A DNA stretch of 64,000 bases. Source: Alphaproteobacteria bacterium (lineage in GTDB: Bacteria > Pseudomonadota > Alphaproteobacteria > JAQWUY01). The first letter of the stretch is position 1; every line of letters starts with the position of its first letter. The notes beneath the pieces are model-generated. The model was given only the letters and a program-made list of their open reading frames with translations, searched no databases and had not been told where the DNA came from. Both the position numbers and the translations under genes were made by a program. Below, piece after piece: positions 40,903-51,251 of this stretch. Location: contig OZ246977.1 of the NCBI GenBank assembly GCA_965232465.1, positions 580,649 to 644,648 of the forward strand. The letters run 5' to 3'.

Positions 40903-41694
40903 TTAGCTCATACAAGCCCCGCCATCCACATTATAGGTTTGTGCCACCACATAATCCGCATCATCAGATGCCAAAAAAACCGCCATACCCGTTAAATCAT
41001 CCGCCACGCCCATGCGTCCATAAGGTACAGATTTACCCACTTCTTGCTTCTTTTGCCCCAACGGCTTGTTTTCATATTTTGCAAAAAAGGCATCCACACC
41101 ATCCCAATGTTCACCATCCACAACCCCAGGAGAAATAGCGTTGACATTGATACCATATTTAATCAAGTCAAGCCCTGTGGATTGGGTGATGCTGATGATG
41201 GCAGACTTTGATGCACAATACAGCGAAACCAAAGGTTCGCCCTTTCTGCCCGCTTGGGATGCCATGTTAATGATTTTCCCGCCCGTACCTTGTTCAATCA
41301 TAATCTTTGCCACCGCTTGCAACATAAATAATGACCCGGATACATTGATGTCAAAAATTGAATGAAAATCCTCTCTTTGTACTTCTATTGTCGGTGCCGC
41401 AGTAAATATAGCAGCATTGTTAATAAGAATGTCTATCTTTCCAAAATTCTCGAGAACAAATTTTACACACGCATCGATACTGGTTTGTTGCGTTACATCC
41501 AAGTATATTGGTACTGCATTATCACCCAGTTTTTGGGCGGTTACTTTGGCGACATCGAAATTAATATCGGCAATGATAACCGTCGCCCCCTCAGATATAT
41601 AGCGTTCCGCAAATGCTGTGCCAATACCACGGGCACTTCCCGTTATAATCGCAATTTTATTTTCTAATCTTTTCACTTTACAGAGCCTCTCCAT
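40903..41694 (-). CDS. SDR-family polyol dehydrogenase (sorbitol/galactitol dehydrogenase-like)
   Basis: It has the motifs '[20 protein letters not shown]' and 'YCASKSAI' (YxxxK). The start was set at MERL (41694), which gives a GAGAGG Shine-Dalgarno and a 13-bp gap after the ATPase gene. Confidence 0.8.
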   Translation of the reverse strand: MERLCKVKRLENKIAIITGSARGIGTAFAERYISEGATVIIADINFDVAKVTAQKLGDNAVPIYLDVTQQTSIDACVKFVLENFGKIDILINNAAIFTAAPTIEVQREDFHSIFDINVSGSLFMLQAVAKIMIEQGTGGKIINMASQAGRKGEPLVSLYCASKSAIISITQSTGLDLIKYGINVNAISPGVVDGEHWDGVDAFFAKYENKPLGQKKQEVGKSVPYGRMGVADDLTGMAVFLASDDADYVVAQTYNVDGGACMS

Positions 41695-42676
41695 TGTTAT
41701 TAAATCTGTATATTTTGTTTTTTTCGAAGGCAATATATATCATATCCCCTATGTTCACATCGCTATCTTCTGACGCCCGTACATTGATTTTTCCAATACT
41801 TTCCACATCAATATGCAAATATGTATCTGAACCCAAATGTTCTGCAACAATTACAACGCCAGCCAAATCTGCTGGTACTTTAGAAATACACATATGTTCT
41901 GGGCGAATACCAATGGTATCAGCGTTATATTTTTTTGCCAAATTTCCCTGAATAAAATTCATTTTTGGGGATCCAATAAAACCTGCCACAAAAATATTTT
42001 TTGGATTTTTGTATAATTCTAAGGGTGTACCAATTTGTTCAATATACCCATCTTGTAACACCACAATTCTGTCTGCCATTGTCATCGCTTCCACTTGGTC
42101 GTGCGTCACATAAATCATAGTGGTTGCCAATTTTTTATGAAGTTCCAATATTTCCAACCGCATATTTACCCGTAAGGACGCATCGAGATTGGAAAGCGGT
42201 TCGTCAAATAAAAACACCTTGGGTTCCCTTACAATCGCCCGACCAATCGCCACCCGTTGCCTTTGCCCCCCTGATAGCTGAGCGGGTCGGCTGTCCAAAT
42301 ATTTTGACAAGTTTAAAATTTTGGCAACATCTTCTACTTTTTTGTTTATATCAATCTTATGTAAACCAGACATCTTTAAGGGAAAAGCAATATTTTTGCG
42401 AACAGACATGTGCGGATATAACGCATAAGACTGAAACACCATTGCTAATTGTCGCAGTGCGGGTCGTATGTATGTTGCCTCATGTCCATCAATGTGGATC
42501 GTACCTGATGTTACATCTTCCAATCCCGCAATAAGGCGTAACAAGGTGGATTTGCCACATCCTGACGGTCCCACAAAGACTGTAAATTCGCCATCTTTTA
42601 TATCCAGATTCAAAGATTTAATGACTTCTGTATTATAAAAAGACTTGGTAATATTTTTAAGTGTAATACTTCCCAT
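41678..42676 (-). CDS. CUT1-family ABC transporter ATP-binding protein (MalK/UgpC/SmoK-like)
   Basis: It has Walker A 'GPSGCGKST', the ABC signature 'LSGGQRQR', Walker B '[11 protein letters not shown]' and a C-terminal TOBE-like regulatory domain. It is 332 aa. Confidence 0.9.
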   Translation of the reverse strand: MGSITLKNITKSFYNTEVIKSLNLDIKDGEFTVFVGPSGCGKSTLLRLIAGLEDVTSGTIHIDGHEATYIRPALRQLAMVFQSYALYPHMSVRKNIAFPLKMSGLHKIDINKKVEDVAKILNLSKYLDSRPAQLSGGQRQRVAIGRAIVREPKVFLFDEPLSNLDASLRVNMRLEILELHKKLATTMIYVTHDQVEAMTMADRIVVLQDGYIEQIGTPLELYKNPKNIFVAGFIGSPKMNFIQGNLAKKYNADTIGIRPEHMCISKVPADLAGVVIVAEHLGSDTYLHIDVESIGKINVRASEDSDVNIGDMIYIAFEKNKIYRFNNNGEAL

Positions 42677-42685
42677 ACTTTCCCC

Positions 42686-43516
42686 CTATTTTACTGCACC
42701 GAATGTCAATCCACGCACCAGTTGCTTTTGGCTGAACCACCCCATAATAAGAATGGGGGCAATCGCCATAGTAGATGCCGCCGAAAGCTTGGCGTAAAAT
42801 AGCCCCTCAGGACTGGAAAAACTAGCGATAAATGCTGTTAATGTTGCTGCATCTGCGGCTGTCAAATTTAATGTCCAAAACGCTTCATTCCAAGCCAAAA
42901 TAATATTTAATAAAACCGTAGAAGCAATGCCTGGTAATGCAATGGGCGTTAATACATAATATATTTCTTTCCACAATGTGGCACCATCCATCCGAGACGC
43001 CTCTAAAATTTCACTTGGAATTTCCTTGAAATAAGTAAACAGCATCCAAATAATAATTGGTAAGTTTATCAAGGTCAGAACGATCACCAACCCAATTCGA
43101 GTATCCAAAATACCCAGTTCACGAAAAATCAAATAAATGGGAACAAGCACCCCAACAGGCGGTAGCATTTTGGTCGATAGCATCCACATTAAAACATGTT
43201 TCGTATTCTTATTTGGGACAAAAGCACACGCCCAAGCCGCAGGAATAGCAATACATAAGCCTAATAATGTTGACCCCAAAGACAATATCACCGAATTCCA
43301 TAAATAATGTACATAATCTGAACGGCTATTGACTTCCACATAATTTTCCAATGTCCATTCAAAAAATAAAAACTTGGGGGTGGCTGCAATGGCATCTGCT
43401 TCTGTTTTAAAACCTGTCAAAATTGTCCACAGAACGGGAAAAAATATTATACTCGCCACAGTCCAAGCAACAATCGTAACGATAATTTTTTTGTTTTTTT
43501 TAGTATTTTTACCCAT
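42686..43516 (-). CDS. CUT1 ABC transporter permease (SmoG/UgpE-like)
   Basis: It has six predicted transmembrane segments and the EAA-like loop '…EILEASRMDGATLWKE…'. The start was set at MGKNTKK to avoid overlapping the upstream permease. Confidence 0.8.
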   Translation of the reverse strand: MGKNTKKNKKIIVTIVAWTVASIIFFPVLWTILTGFKTEADAIAATPKFLFFEWTLENYVEVNSRSDYVHYLWNSVILSLGSTLLGLCIAIPAAWACAFVPNKNTKHVLMWMLSTKMLPPVGVLVPIYLIFRELGILDTRIGLVIVLTLINLPIIIWMLFTYFKEIPSEILEASRMDGATLWKEIYYVLTPIALPGIASTVLLNIILAWNEAFWTLNLTAADAATLTAFIASFSSPEGLFYAKLSAASTMAIAPILIMGWFSQKQLVRGLTFGAVK

Positions 43517-43517
43517 G

Positions 43518-44396
43518 TTACACCTGCAAGTTTTTACCAATCATCCGCATTAGAAAAATAGCCACAATATTTGCCAAAATAACCGCAATAATACCGCCTG
43601 CTGAACCACCACCCACATCAAATGCCAGTAGAGATTGGGCATATACAAGATAAGTAATATTCGTTGATGCATACCCCGGTCCACCATTTGTCGTCACCAA
43701 TATTTCCGCAAAAATTGACAACAAAAATATTGTTTGTATTAAAATAACAACCGTAATCGCTGATGCCAAATGTGGTAAAACAATATAATAAAATCGTTTA
43801 AATTTGCTTGCACCATCCATTTTTGCCGCTTCCATTTGATCCTTGTTTAAGGATTGTAATGCTGTTAAGAAAATCAGGGTAGCAAAAGGTAACCACTGCC
43901 ACGCCACAATAATAATAATTGACATCATCGGTGAATGGGCAAAAAAATCATAAGATTCAAACCCTAGAAAATTCGCCAAATGGGCAAACAACCCATGTAT
44001 AGGATTCATAAACATATATTTCCAAACCAATGCGGAAACGGTTGGCATCACCAAAAAAGGAGCAATCATCATGATGCGTACAATCCCTTGCCCAAACATA
44101 GGTTGATCCAACAAAATAGATAATGCCACCCCGCCAATGATAGTAATGCATAACACCCCACCAACCAACAACAGCGTATTATAAAACGCTTCGAAAAACG
44201 CAGGGTCAGTTAAGAAAAACTCATAATTCATCCAACCAATAAATTGTTCCGTGCCGGGGGATAATAAAGTATAACTTTGAAACGAAAACCAAAGGGTCAT
44301 AGACAAGGGAACAATCATCCAAACCAACAGCACAATGACCGACGGGGCAATCATGACACGGCCTAGCATTTTTGAATGTTTTGTAATCATTATCAT
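43518..44396 (-). CDS. CUT1 ABC transporter permease (SmoF/UgpA-like)
   Basis: It has the EAA loop '…MEAAKMDGASKFKRFYYIVLP…'. It is 292 aa. Confidence 0.8.
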   Translation of the reverse strand: MIMITKHSKMLGRVMIAPSVIVLLVWMIVPLSMTLWFSFQSYTLLSPGTEQFIGWMNYEFFLTDPAFFEAFYNTLLLVGGVLCITIIGGVALSILLDQPMFGQGIVRIMMIAPFLVMPTVSALVWKYMFMNPIHGLFAHLANFLGFESYDFFAHSPMMSIIIIVAWQWLPFATLIFLTALQSLNKDQMEAAKMDGASKFKRFYYIVLPHLASAITVVILIQTIFLLSIFAEILVTTNGGPGYASTNITYLVYAQSLLAFDVGGGSAGGIIAVILANIVAIFLMRMIGKNLQV

Positions 44397-44494
44397 CTTC
44401 TTTCAAAAAAGTTAGAACAAAATACTTGTATACAAAAACAGACATTAAATCCAAATAATACTTTATTTGGATTTAATGTAGTTTGCAGAAAATA

Positions 44495-45799
44495 CTACTT
44501 ATAGCCTGCTTTTTTCATTGTCCGTGTTGTTACATTTTGAGAGTTATTCAATGCTTCATCAACAGAAATTTTACCCGCTAATGCTGCAGAGAATTGTTGA
44601 CCAACCGCCGTTGCAATGCCTTGAAATTCTGGAATTGCCACAAACTGTACACCCACATATGGAACAGGTTTCACTGCGGGGTTTGTCGGATCGACGGAAT
44701 TTATGCTATCCAGTGTCAACTTGACAAAAGGCACCTTTTGGTATTCTGGGTTCGCATACAACGATTTGCGGGTACCGGGGGGAACATTTGCCCAACCTTC
44801 CTTAGATGCAACCAATTCTAAGTATGCCTTATTTGTCGCCCAGTTAATGAACTTCTTAGCAGTATCTGTTTTCTGAGAACTTTCTGGAATTGCCAAGCTC
44901 CAAGACCACAACCACGCCGCACGACGACCCAAGCCTTTATCGGGTGCTTGTGCAAAACCAACATGATCTGCAACTGTACTCTCACGGGGGTCGATGATAA
45001 ACGATGCAGCTGTTGTCGCATCAATCCACATACCACATTTACCCGTTTGGAATAGGGCTAGGTTTGCACTGAATCCATTAGATGAAGCCCCCTTGGGACC
45101 CGCCTCTTTCATCAGGTCTAAATAGAAAGTTAATGTATCTTTCCATTCTTTTGTATCAAACTGAGCACGCCAGTTTTCGTCAAACCAACGCGCACCGAAA
45201 GAGTTTGCCATGGCGGTAATAAATGCCATATTCTCGCCCCAACCTGCTTTACCCCGCAGGCAAATACCATTAATACCTTGGGAACGATCAGTCATTGCCC
45301 GTGCTGCTTTGGCAATAAAGTCCCAAGTGGGGGCTTTGGGCATTGTTAAATCCGCTTTTGCCATCAAGTCTTTACGGTACATTACAAAAGAACTTTCCGC
45401 ATTGAAAGGCGACGCATACAGATTACCATTTACAGTCAGCCCCCCTCGTACAGCAGGCAATAAATCATCCATATCATAAGACGCTGGCATATCATTCAAT
45501 GATTTTAACCAACCTTTTTGACCCCAGATTGGTACTTCGTACATACCGATTGTGATAATGTCATACTGCCCCCCTTTGGTGGCAATATCTGTTGTAATTC
45601 GTTGCCTTAAAACATTTTCTTCCAAGGTTACCCATTTTACATTAATATCAGGATGTTGCTTGTTAAATTCACTAGTCAATTTTTGCATACGAATCATGTC
45701 CCCATTGTTCACGGTCGCAATGGTAACCGTTTCTGCTGAGGCGTAACTGATACTTGCCCCCATCATTAGGGCTAATAATGTTTTAGAATTAATCTTCAT
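44495..45799 (-). CDS. Periplasmic polyol/sugar-binding protein of the CUT1 ABC transporter (SmoE-like, SBP family 1)
   Basis: It has a signal peptide 'MKINSKTLLALMMGASISYASA' and is a 434-aa SBP_bac_1-type protein. It is the first gene of the cluster, downstream of the SorC regulator gene. Confidence 0.85.
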   Translation of the reverse strand: MKINSKTLLALMMGASISYASAETVTIATVNNGDMIRMQKLTSEFNKQHPDINVKWVTLEENVLRQRITTDIATKGGQYDIITIGMYEVPIWGQKGWLKSLNDMPASYDMDDLLPAVRGGLTVNGNLYASPFNAESSFVMYRKDLMAKADLTMPKAPTWDFIAKAARAMTDRSQGINGICLRGKAGWGENMAFITAMANSFGARWFDENWRAQFDTKEWKDTLTFYLDLMKEAGPKGASSNGFSANLALFQTGKCGMWIDATTAASFIIDPRESTVADHVGFAQAPDKGLGRRAAWLWSWSLAIPESSQKTDTAKKFINWATNKAYLELVASKEGWANVPPGTRKSLYANPEYQKVPFVKLTLDSINSVDPTNPAVKPVPYVGVQFVAIPEFQGIATAVGQQFSAALAGKISVDEALNNSQNVTTRTMKKAGYK

Positions 45800-46033
45800 A
45801 GATCTCTCTCCTTTTCTCTAAATAGTGTAGTCATAATCAATTAATGTGTATATGATTCATGATAATCTCTAAAAATGAATATTTACTCACTAATTAAATT
45901 ATTATTCGCATAAAATTTTTTAAATGTCAACAAAAAATTTACATAAGCACATATATCTATTGTAAAAATCGTATATAAGACAAAGATTTTCCCATGTAAT
46001 AAAATAAAAATCTGTATTCAAGAAGTAAAAAAT

Positions 46034-46987
46034 CTATAATAATAATTGAGTAGCGGTGAATTCATCGGTTATCAATCCAGAAATCCATCTCCCTTTCAGA
46101 CATGCTTGAATTGCTGGTAATTTGTTGATACCCTTTGCAACCCCAATAATGGGCATAGATATGTGGGGGGGAAATTGTACACTAGACACACGGTCATTGG
46201 TTAATCCGCTAATAAATTTTCCATTGACATCATACGCCCGTCCCAAAATTTCCCCCAAGGCACCTGCGGATTGTAGGGCGTGCAACTCAGAAGATGTTAA
46301 AAAACCATCTTCCAATAAAGGTGGATTATTATTTAGTTCGCCTATACCAATAAACGCCACATCAGCAGACAATGCCAATTCATAATTGCGTTGAATCGGA
46401 GCTTGCGATATCAAAACATCTCGTTCTTGTTTATTTGATGCAAATAAAGGTATGGAAAGGGGGTGGCGGGGGGCTTGGGTTAAATCCCCAATACGCATAA
46501 TAGGATCATTGACATTGGCACTGCCATCAGGTGTCATATTGCCAACCAAGGCGACAATGCGATGATGGGGGCAAGATATAGGGGGCAAAATATCCACCGC
46601 CCGTTTTATTTCTTTACCCGTACCAAGGGCGATGACCTTGGGTTTTTTGGAGCGTAAATACTTTTCGATTTCATCGGCGGCTATTTCGGCAATACCTTGT
46701 GCCGGATCGTCAGAAGTCGGGTCTGTCAAGGTGACCTCACAATACGACAGTCCATATTGGGATTGTATGTTTTCTCCCAATCGTAAACAATTTTCTGTGG
46801 GGTGGTTCAGCCTAAAACTAATAAGATTTTGTTGTACAGCCAAGGCAATAAGCCGTTGTGCAGCCGCCCGTGAAATACGCATTTGCTTTGCCACTTCGTC
46901 TTGGGAATTTTGGGCAATAAAATATAACCACCCTGCACGGGCGGCGTCATTCAAGCGTTTATTATATAACAATGGGTTATTTTCCAT
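46034..46987 (-). CDS. SorC/DeoR-family sugar-binding transcriptional regulator
   Basis: It has the N-terminal HTH 'LYFIAQNSQDEVAKQMRISRAAAQRLIALAVQQNLI' followed by a sugar-binding domain. The start was set at MENNPLL. Confidence 0.7.
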   Translation of the reverse strand: MENNPLLYNKRLNDAARAGWLYFIAQNSQDEVAKQMRISRAAAQRLIALAVQQNLISFRLNHPTENCLRLGENIQSQYGLSYCEVTLTDPTSDDPAQGIAEIAADEIEKYLRSKKPKVIALGTGKEIKRAVDILPPISCPHHRIVALVGNMTPDGSANVNDPIMRIGDLTQAPRHPLSIPLFASNKQERDVLISQAPIQRNYELALSADVAFIGIGELNNNPPLLEDGFLTSSELHALQSAGALGEILGRAYDVNGKFISGLTNDRVSSVQFPPHISMPIIGVAKGINKLPAIQACLKGRWISGLITDEFTATQLLL

Positions 46988-47405
46988 ATTGTATCCTAAA
47001 ATTAAAAATATCTCAATACTATACATATAAATAAAAAAGTTCAATACTTTAACTTTACTTTTATTAAAATCATGAGTTAAAAAATACATTTTTAAGCATT
47101 CTTAAAATAAAAAATAACAAATTTATGACTTTATAAGTATTGACATTGAAAATATTATATGCTAAAAATTATTCAGTTGATGGGCAAATGTTCGTACTTT
47201 TTGTCATAAACACTATAAGTCCATCAATTAAACTTTTGTTTCAACACTCTTAAGGGTGCGACGACTTCATCGTAACAGTAAGTTTGTTGTTTCGATTGTT
47301 TATGTAAGTAAATTTGTAATGTACAGAAGATACATTTATTTTGCACTTTAATGTGAATAATACCTTAAAATTAAAAAATTTTTTGAGAAGAAAGGACCAA
47401 AGAAT

Positions 47406-48383
47406 ATGAAAACTTTTAAAATATTACCTAAAATGTTAGCTGTGGCAACTGGCATAGTTCTTATGACTGCGACAGCGTTTGCTGATAAGGTCAAAATTGC
47501 TTTGATTCCAGGGCTAACGGCTGATGCCTTTTATGTGACCATGCACAAAGGGGCAAAAGCAGCAGCAGAAGCTGTTGGTGCTGAATTGATTTACCAAGGG
47601 GCAGCCGAATGGAATGTCAGCTTGCAAGTCCCTGTACTAGAAGCTATAATTGCCAGAAAACCGGATGCGATTTTAATTGCCCCCAACGATTCTAAACAGT
47701 TGATAGAGCCCTTGCGTAGGGCTGAAAAAGCAGGCATAAAAGTAGTTACCGTTGACACATTTATCGGCAATGGTGTTTATCAAACAGGTTCGGGTCGGGC
47801 TGATTTCCCCGTTTCTTATGTTGCTTCTGATAATGTGTTAGGGGGTAAAATGGCGGGTCGTGCCTTAGCCAAATCCATCGGTGAAAAAGGCAAAGTTTAT
47901 GTTGCCCACCTGAAACCTGGTGTTTCAACTATGGATCAACGGGAACAGGGGTTCAAAGAGGAAATGGCTAATTACCCAAACATTACCGTCTTAGAAACAC
48001 AATACAACAACAATGATCCCGCCAAAGCTGCGGCACAATTCCAAGCTGTATTAGGGCGTACACCTGATTTGGCTGGTGTTTTTGGGGCAAACCTATTTTC
48101 CGCAATGGGTGCCGCTAATGGTGCCAAACAAGCGGGTGTAACAGGCAAAGTGAAAATCGCAGGATTTGATGCCCCTGAATCCATAGTCAATGATATAAAA
48201 TCGGGCATTTTGGAAATGACTGTTGCACAACACCCTGCTGAAATTGGGTATTTTGGTGTAATTTCTGCCTATGCTGCTGTAACAGGAAATCCTGTTCCCA
48301 CAGCAATCGGTACAGGATTTACGGTTATTGACAAACAAAATGTTGATACCGCCAAAGCAAAAAAAGCATTGTACAGTAACTAA
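47406..48383 (+). CDS. Periplasmic monosaccharide/polyol-binding protein (RbsB/FrcB-like, CUT2 ABC system)
   Basis: It has a signal peptide 'MKTFKILPKMLAVATGIVLMTATAFA' and a Peripla_BP_1/4 fold. It is 325 aa. Confidence 0.85.
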   Translation: MKTFKILPKMLAVATGIVLMTATAFADKVKIALIPGLTADAFYVTMHKGAKAAAEAVGAELIYQGAAEWNVSLQVPVLEAIIARKPDAILIAPNDSKQLIEPLRRAEKAGIKVVTVDTFIGNGVYQTGSGRADFPVSYVASDNVLGGKMAGRALAKSIGEKGKVYVAHLKPGVSTMDQREQGFKEEMANYPNITVLETQYNNNDPAKAAAQFQAVLGRTPDLAGVFGANLFSAMGAANGAKQAGVTGKVKIAGFDAPESIVNDIKSGILEMTVAQHPAEIGYFGVISAYAAVTGNPVPTAIGTGFTVIDKQNVDTAKAKKALYSN

Positions 48384-48518
48384 AAAAACATTCATGTAAC
48401 GGTCTTTCAAAGGTGAGCATCCTAATTCCCTTTGAAGGGCTGTTTTGGATTTTGTTATTGACCTTGTGTCTGTTATCGAAATATAAGGCTCTGCCCTGAT
48501 TTAAGGAATTGATATATA

Positions 48519-49502
48519 ATGCTTTCTCTTGCAAGTATAATGAAATTTAGAGCATGGCTATTTCTTGCTGTTCTAATTGCGGTCTTTGAAATATGTTCAC
48601 ATTTCCTGTATGAACGATCTTTTATTGTGAGTGGCTATAATTTACGGTCATTAGCTGTATTTGCAGCCATTCCTTTATTGTTAGCATTGGGGCAAACCTT
48701 TGTAATTATTTCTGCTGGGATTGATTTATCCATTGGCTTTGTCATGGGACTGGCGGCGGTCGTTACAGCACATACGACAAATTATCTAATGGAAGCGGGC
48801 ATGGGGGATGTGATGTCTGCCCTGATTGGTATTGTTTTTGCCTGTATCATCACTGTTGTTCCTGGTCTTTTTAATGGATTATTGATTGCACGCTTAGGGG
48901 TGCCACCCTTTATTGGTACACTGGGTATGTATGGTGTTGCAAGGGGGGTGGCATTCCTAACGGCGGCGGGCATAACCGTCCCCGTTTCAAATTCATTCCT
49001 AAGTTTCATGGGCAATGAAGATATTTTGTTTATGCCTGTTTTGGTGTTAATCGTTATTGGATTCTGTTTTCTATCCCATTATTTACTGAAATATACCAAA
49101 TTTGGACAGCATGTTTATGCACTGGGGGATAATGAAGCGGCAGCTAGTCGATCTGGTGTGAATATTCAAAATTTAACCCTAAAAATCTATATCCTTGCGG
49201 GTTTCTTTGCAGGGGTTGCAGGGGCACTTTATACGGCACGTTTTTATGCAGGGGCTGCCCAAGCGGGTGAACCCCTGTTACTGATTTCAGTAGCCATTGT
49301 TGTCATTGGTGGGGCGAGCCTGTTCGGGGGGAGCGGAACCATCACAGGAACAGTTGCAGGGGCATTAGTGATTGCGGTTATTCAATATGGTTTGGTTTAT
49401 ATCAATGTGGAACCGTTTTGGCAGTTTATTGCCGTGGGTGTTGTGATTATTCTATCTGTATTATTGGATCAATTTCAAAATAGAGCGGGATCCACAAGAT
49501 GA
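48519..49502 (+). CDS. CUT2 ABC transporter permease (RbsC/FrcC-like)
   Basis: It is a 327-aa polytopic protein of the BPD_transp_2 type (…LAGFFAGVAGALYTARF…). It overlaps the ATPase gene by 4 nt. Confidence 0.85.
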   Translation: MLSLASIMKFRAWLFLAVLIAVFEICSHFLYERSFIVSGYNLRSLAVFAAIPLLLALGQTFVIISAGIDLSIGFVMGLAAVVTAHTTNYLMEAGMGDVMSALIGIVFACIITVVPGLFNGLLIARLGVPPFIGTLGMYGVARGVAFLTAAGITVPVSNSFLSFMGNEDILFMPVLVLIVIGFCFLSHYLLKYTKFGQHVYALGDNEAAASRSGVNIQNLTLKIYILAGFFAGVAGALYTARFYAGAAQAGEPLLLISVAIVVIGGASLFGGSGTITGTVAGALVIAVIQYGLVYINVEPFWQFIAVGVVIILSVLLDQFQNRAGSTR

Positions 49503-50242
49503 CAAAAGTAATTTTCCAAGCAAAAAATATTAAAAAACACTTTGGATCTGTAAAGGCTGTTGATGGTGTTTCTTTTACACTAACAAAGGGGGAATGCGTT
49601 GCTCTAGCTGGTGATAATGGTGCAGGCAAAACCACTATGGTAAAACTAATATCAGGTGTATATAAGGCAACATCGGGTGAAATGATTTTTAATGATCAAA
49701 CCATGAATTTTCAATCCCCAGAAGAGGCTAGATATAAAGGTATTGAAACCATTTACCAAGACCTAGCCTTAGCCAATAATTTAACCATTGGTGAAAATAT
49801 TTTCTTAGGCAGAGAGCCCATGAAAAAAATCTTTGGTTTTATCCCTGTACTCAATCGTGAAACCATGGCTTATGAGGCAAAAAAAGTCATGGAAAGCTTG
49901 GATTTCCATACGGAAAGATTTAATGATGCCGTATCTGGTTTTTCCGGTGGGCAAAGGCAGGCTGTTGCCATTGGTCGGGCTGTATACTGGAATGCAAAAA
50001 TCCTGATTATGGATGAACCTACTGCGGCTTTGGGGGTACCAGAACAAAAAAAAGTTTTGCAACTCATTAAAAGATTAAAGAAACAAGGACATGCCATCTT
50101 GTTTATTTCACATAATTTACATGATATTTTTGAAGTATCTGACAGAATTATCGTCATGCACCAAGGCAAAGTGGCAGGGGAAAGAAAAATATCTAATACC
50201 CACAGTGATGAAGTTGTCAGATTGATGATTGGAGGGGCGTAA
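49499..50242 (+). CDS. CUT2 ABC transporter ATP-binding protein with a single nucleotide-binding domain (FrcA-like)
   Basis: It has Walker A 'GDNGAGKTT', the signature 'FSGGQRQAVAI' and Walker B 'ILIMDEPTAAL'. It is only 247 aa with one nucleotide-binding domain, unlike the two-domain RbsA. Confidence 0.85.
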   Translation: MTKVIFQAKNIKKHFGSVKAVDGVSFTLTKGECVALAGDNGAGKTTMVKLISGVYKATSGEMIFNDQTMNFQSPEEARYKGIETIYQDLALANNLTIGENIFLGREPMKKIFGFIPVLNRETMAYEAKKVMESLDFHTERFNDAVSGFSGGQRQAVAIGRAVYWNAKILIMDEPTAALGVPEQKKVLQLIKRLKKQGHAILFISHNLHDIFEVSDRIIVMHQGKVAGERKISNTHSDEVVRLMIGGA

Positions 50243-50970
50243 TGTTCAAATTTACCAAGGGGTCTATTTTGGTCACAGGAGCAAGTGGTGGCATTGGTGG
50301 GGCTACGGTACGCCAGCTTTGTGACGCAGGGGCAGATGTGATTGCAAATGGCCGCAATCTTGAAGCATTGAAAAAACTGACAAAAGAAACGGGTTGCAAG
50401 ATATTACCATTTGAACTTACATCTGAAGACAGCGTTCGTGAAGCTCTTGAAGGACTTAATCTTTGGGGTGTGGTTAATTGTGGTGGTTTCGGTGGTGAGA
50501 TTGCAACACCGATGGATACCGATATTGACATTTTTGACAAAGTCATCAGCATTAACGCCCGTGGTGCCTTATTGGTCACCAAATATGCGTCCCAATCCAT
50601 GATTCGTTTAGGTAATGGCGGGGCAATTGTCAATGTATCTAGCCAAGCCTCTCTTATAGCACTCAAAGGTCATATTTCTTATGGGTCATCTAAGGCCGCA
50701 TTAGATAACATTACACGGGTGTCTGCTTTGGAATTGGGTCCTTATGGTATCCGTGTCAATAGTGTAAATCCTACGGTGGTAATGACCCCTATGTCTGCTT
50801 GGTATTGGGGACGACCCGAAATTGAAGGTCCATTTCTAAATACCATGCCACTGGGACGCTGGGCAACCGAAGACGAAATTGCAACACCAATTATATTTCT
50901 TTTGAGTGAAGGTGCTTCTATGATTTCAGGTGTCTCATTGCCCATTGATGGCGGTTTCACCGCTGTGTAA
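50242..50970 (+). CDS. SDR-family dehydrogenase co-transcribed with the CUT2 transporter
   Basis: It has the motifs 'ILVTGASGGIGGATVRQL' and 'YGSSKAAL'. Its start overlaps the ATPase stop (TAATG). Confidence 0.8.
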   Translation: MFKFTKGSILVTGASGGIGGATVRQLCDAGADVIANGRNLEALKKLTKETGCKILPFELTSEDSVREALEGLNLWGVVNCGGFGGEIATPMDTDIDIFDKVISINARGALLVTKYASQSMIRLGNGGAIVNVSSQASLIALKGHISYGSSKAALDNITRVSALELGPYGIRVNSVNPTVVMTPMSAWYWGRPEIEGPFLNTMPLGRWATEDEIATPIIFLLSEGASMISGVSLPIDGGFTAV

Positions 50971-51251
50971 GTATTCCGAATCCCATATGGTTGTGGTAAT
51001 AACGAGATCCATATTTTAATACATATATAACCACCCTTATACCACAAAAGTGCGTTCTACACCCGACCTTAATAATGACAATTTCCGCCATAGATTTAGC
51101 ACTAGCTCCAAAGTGTTATGCACGCTCTTTTAAATATGCATCAGGATACGCCTTAACATCTTGTAGTAGTTTAACCATATCAATCTTAGTTGCTGGTTTA
51201 TTTGTTGTACGCAGAAGTGGACCCCATTGTTTGGACCATTAACCATTAAAG

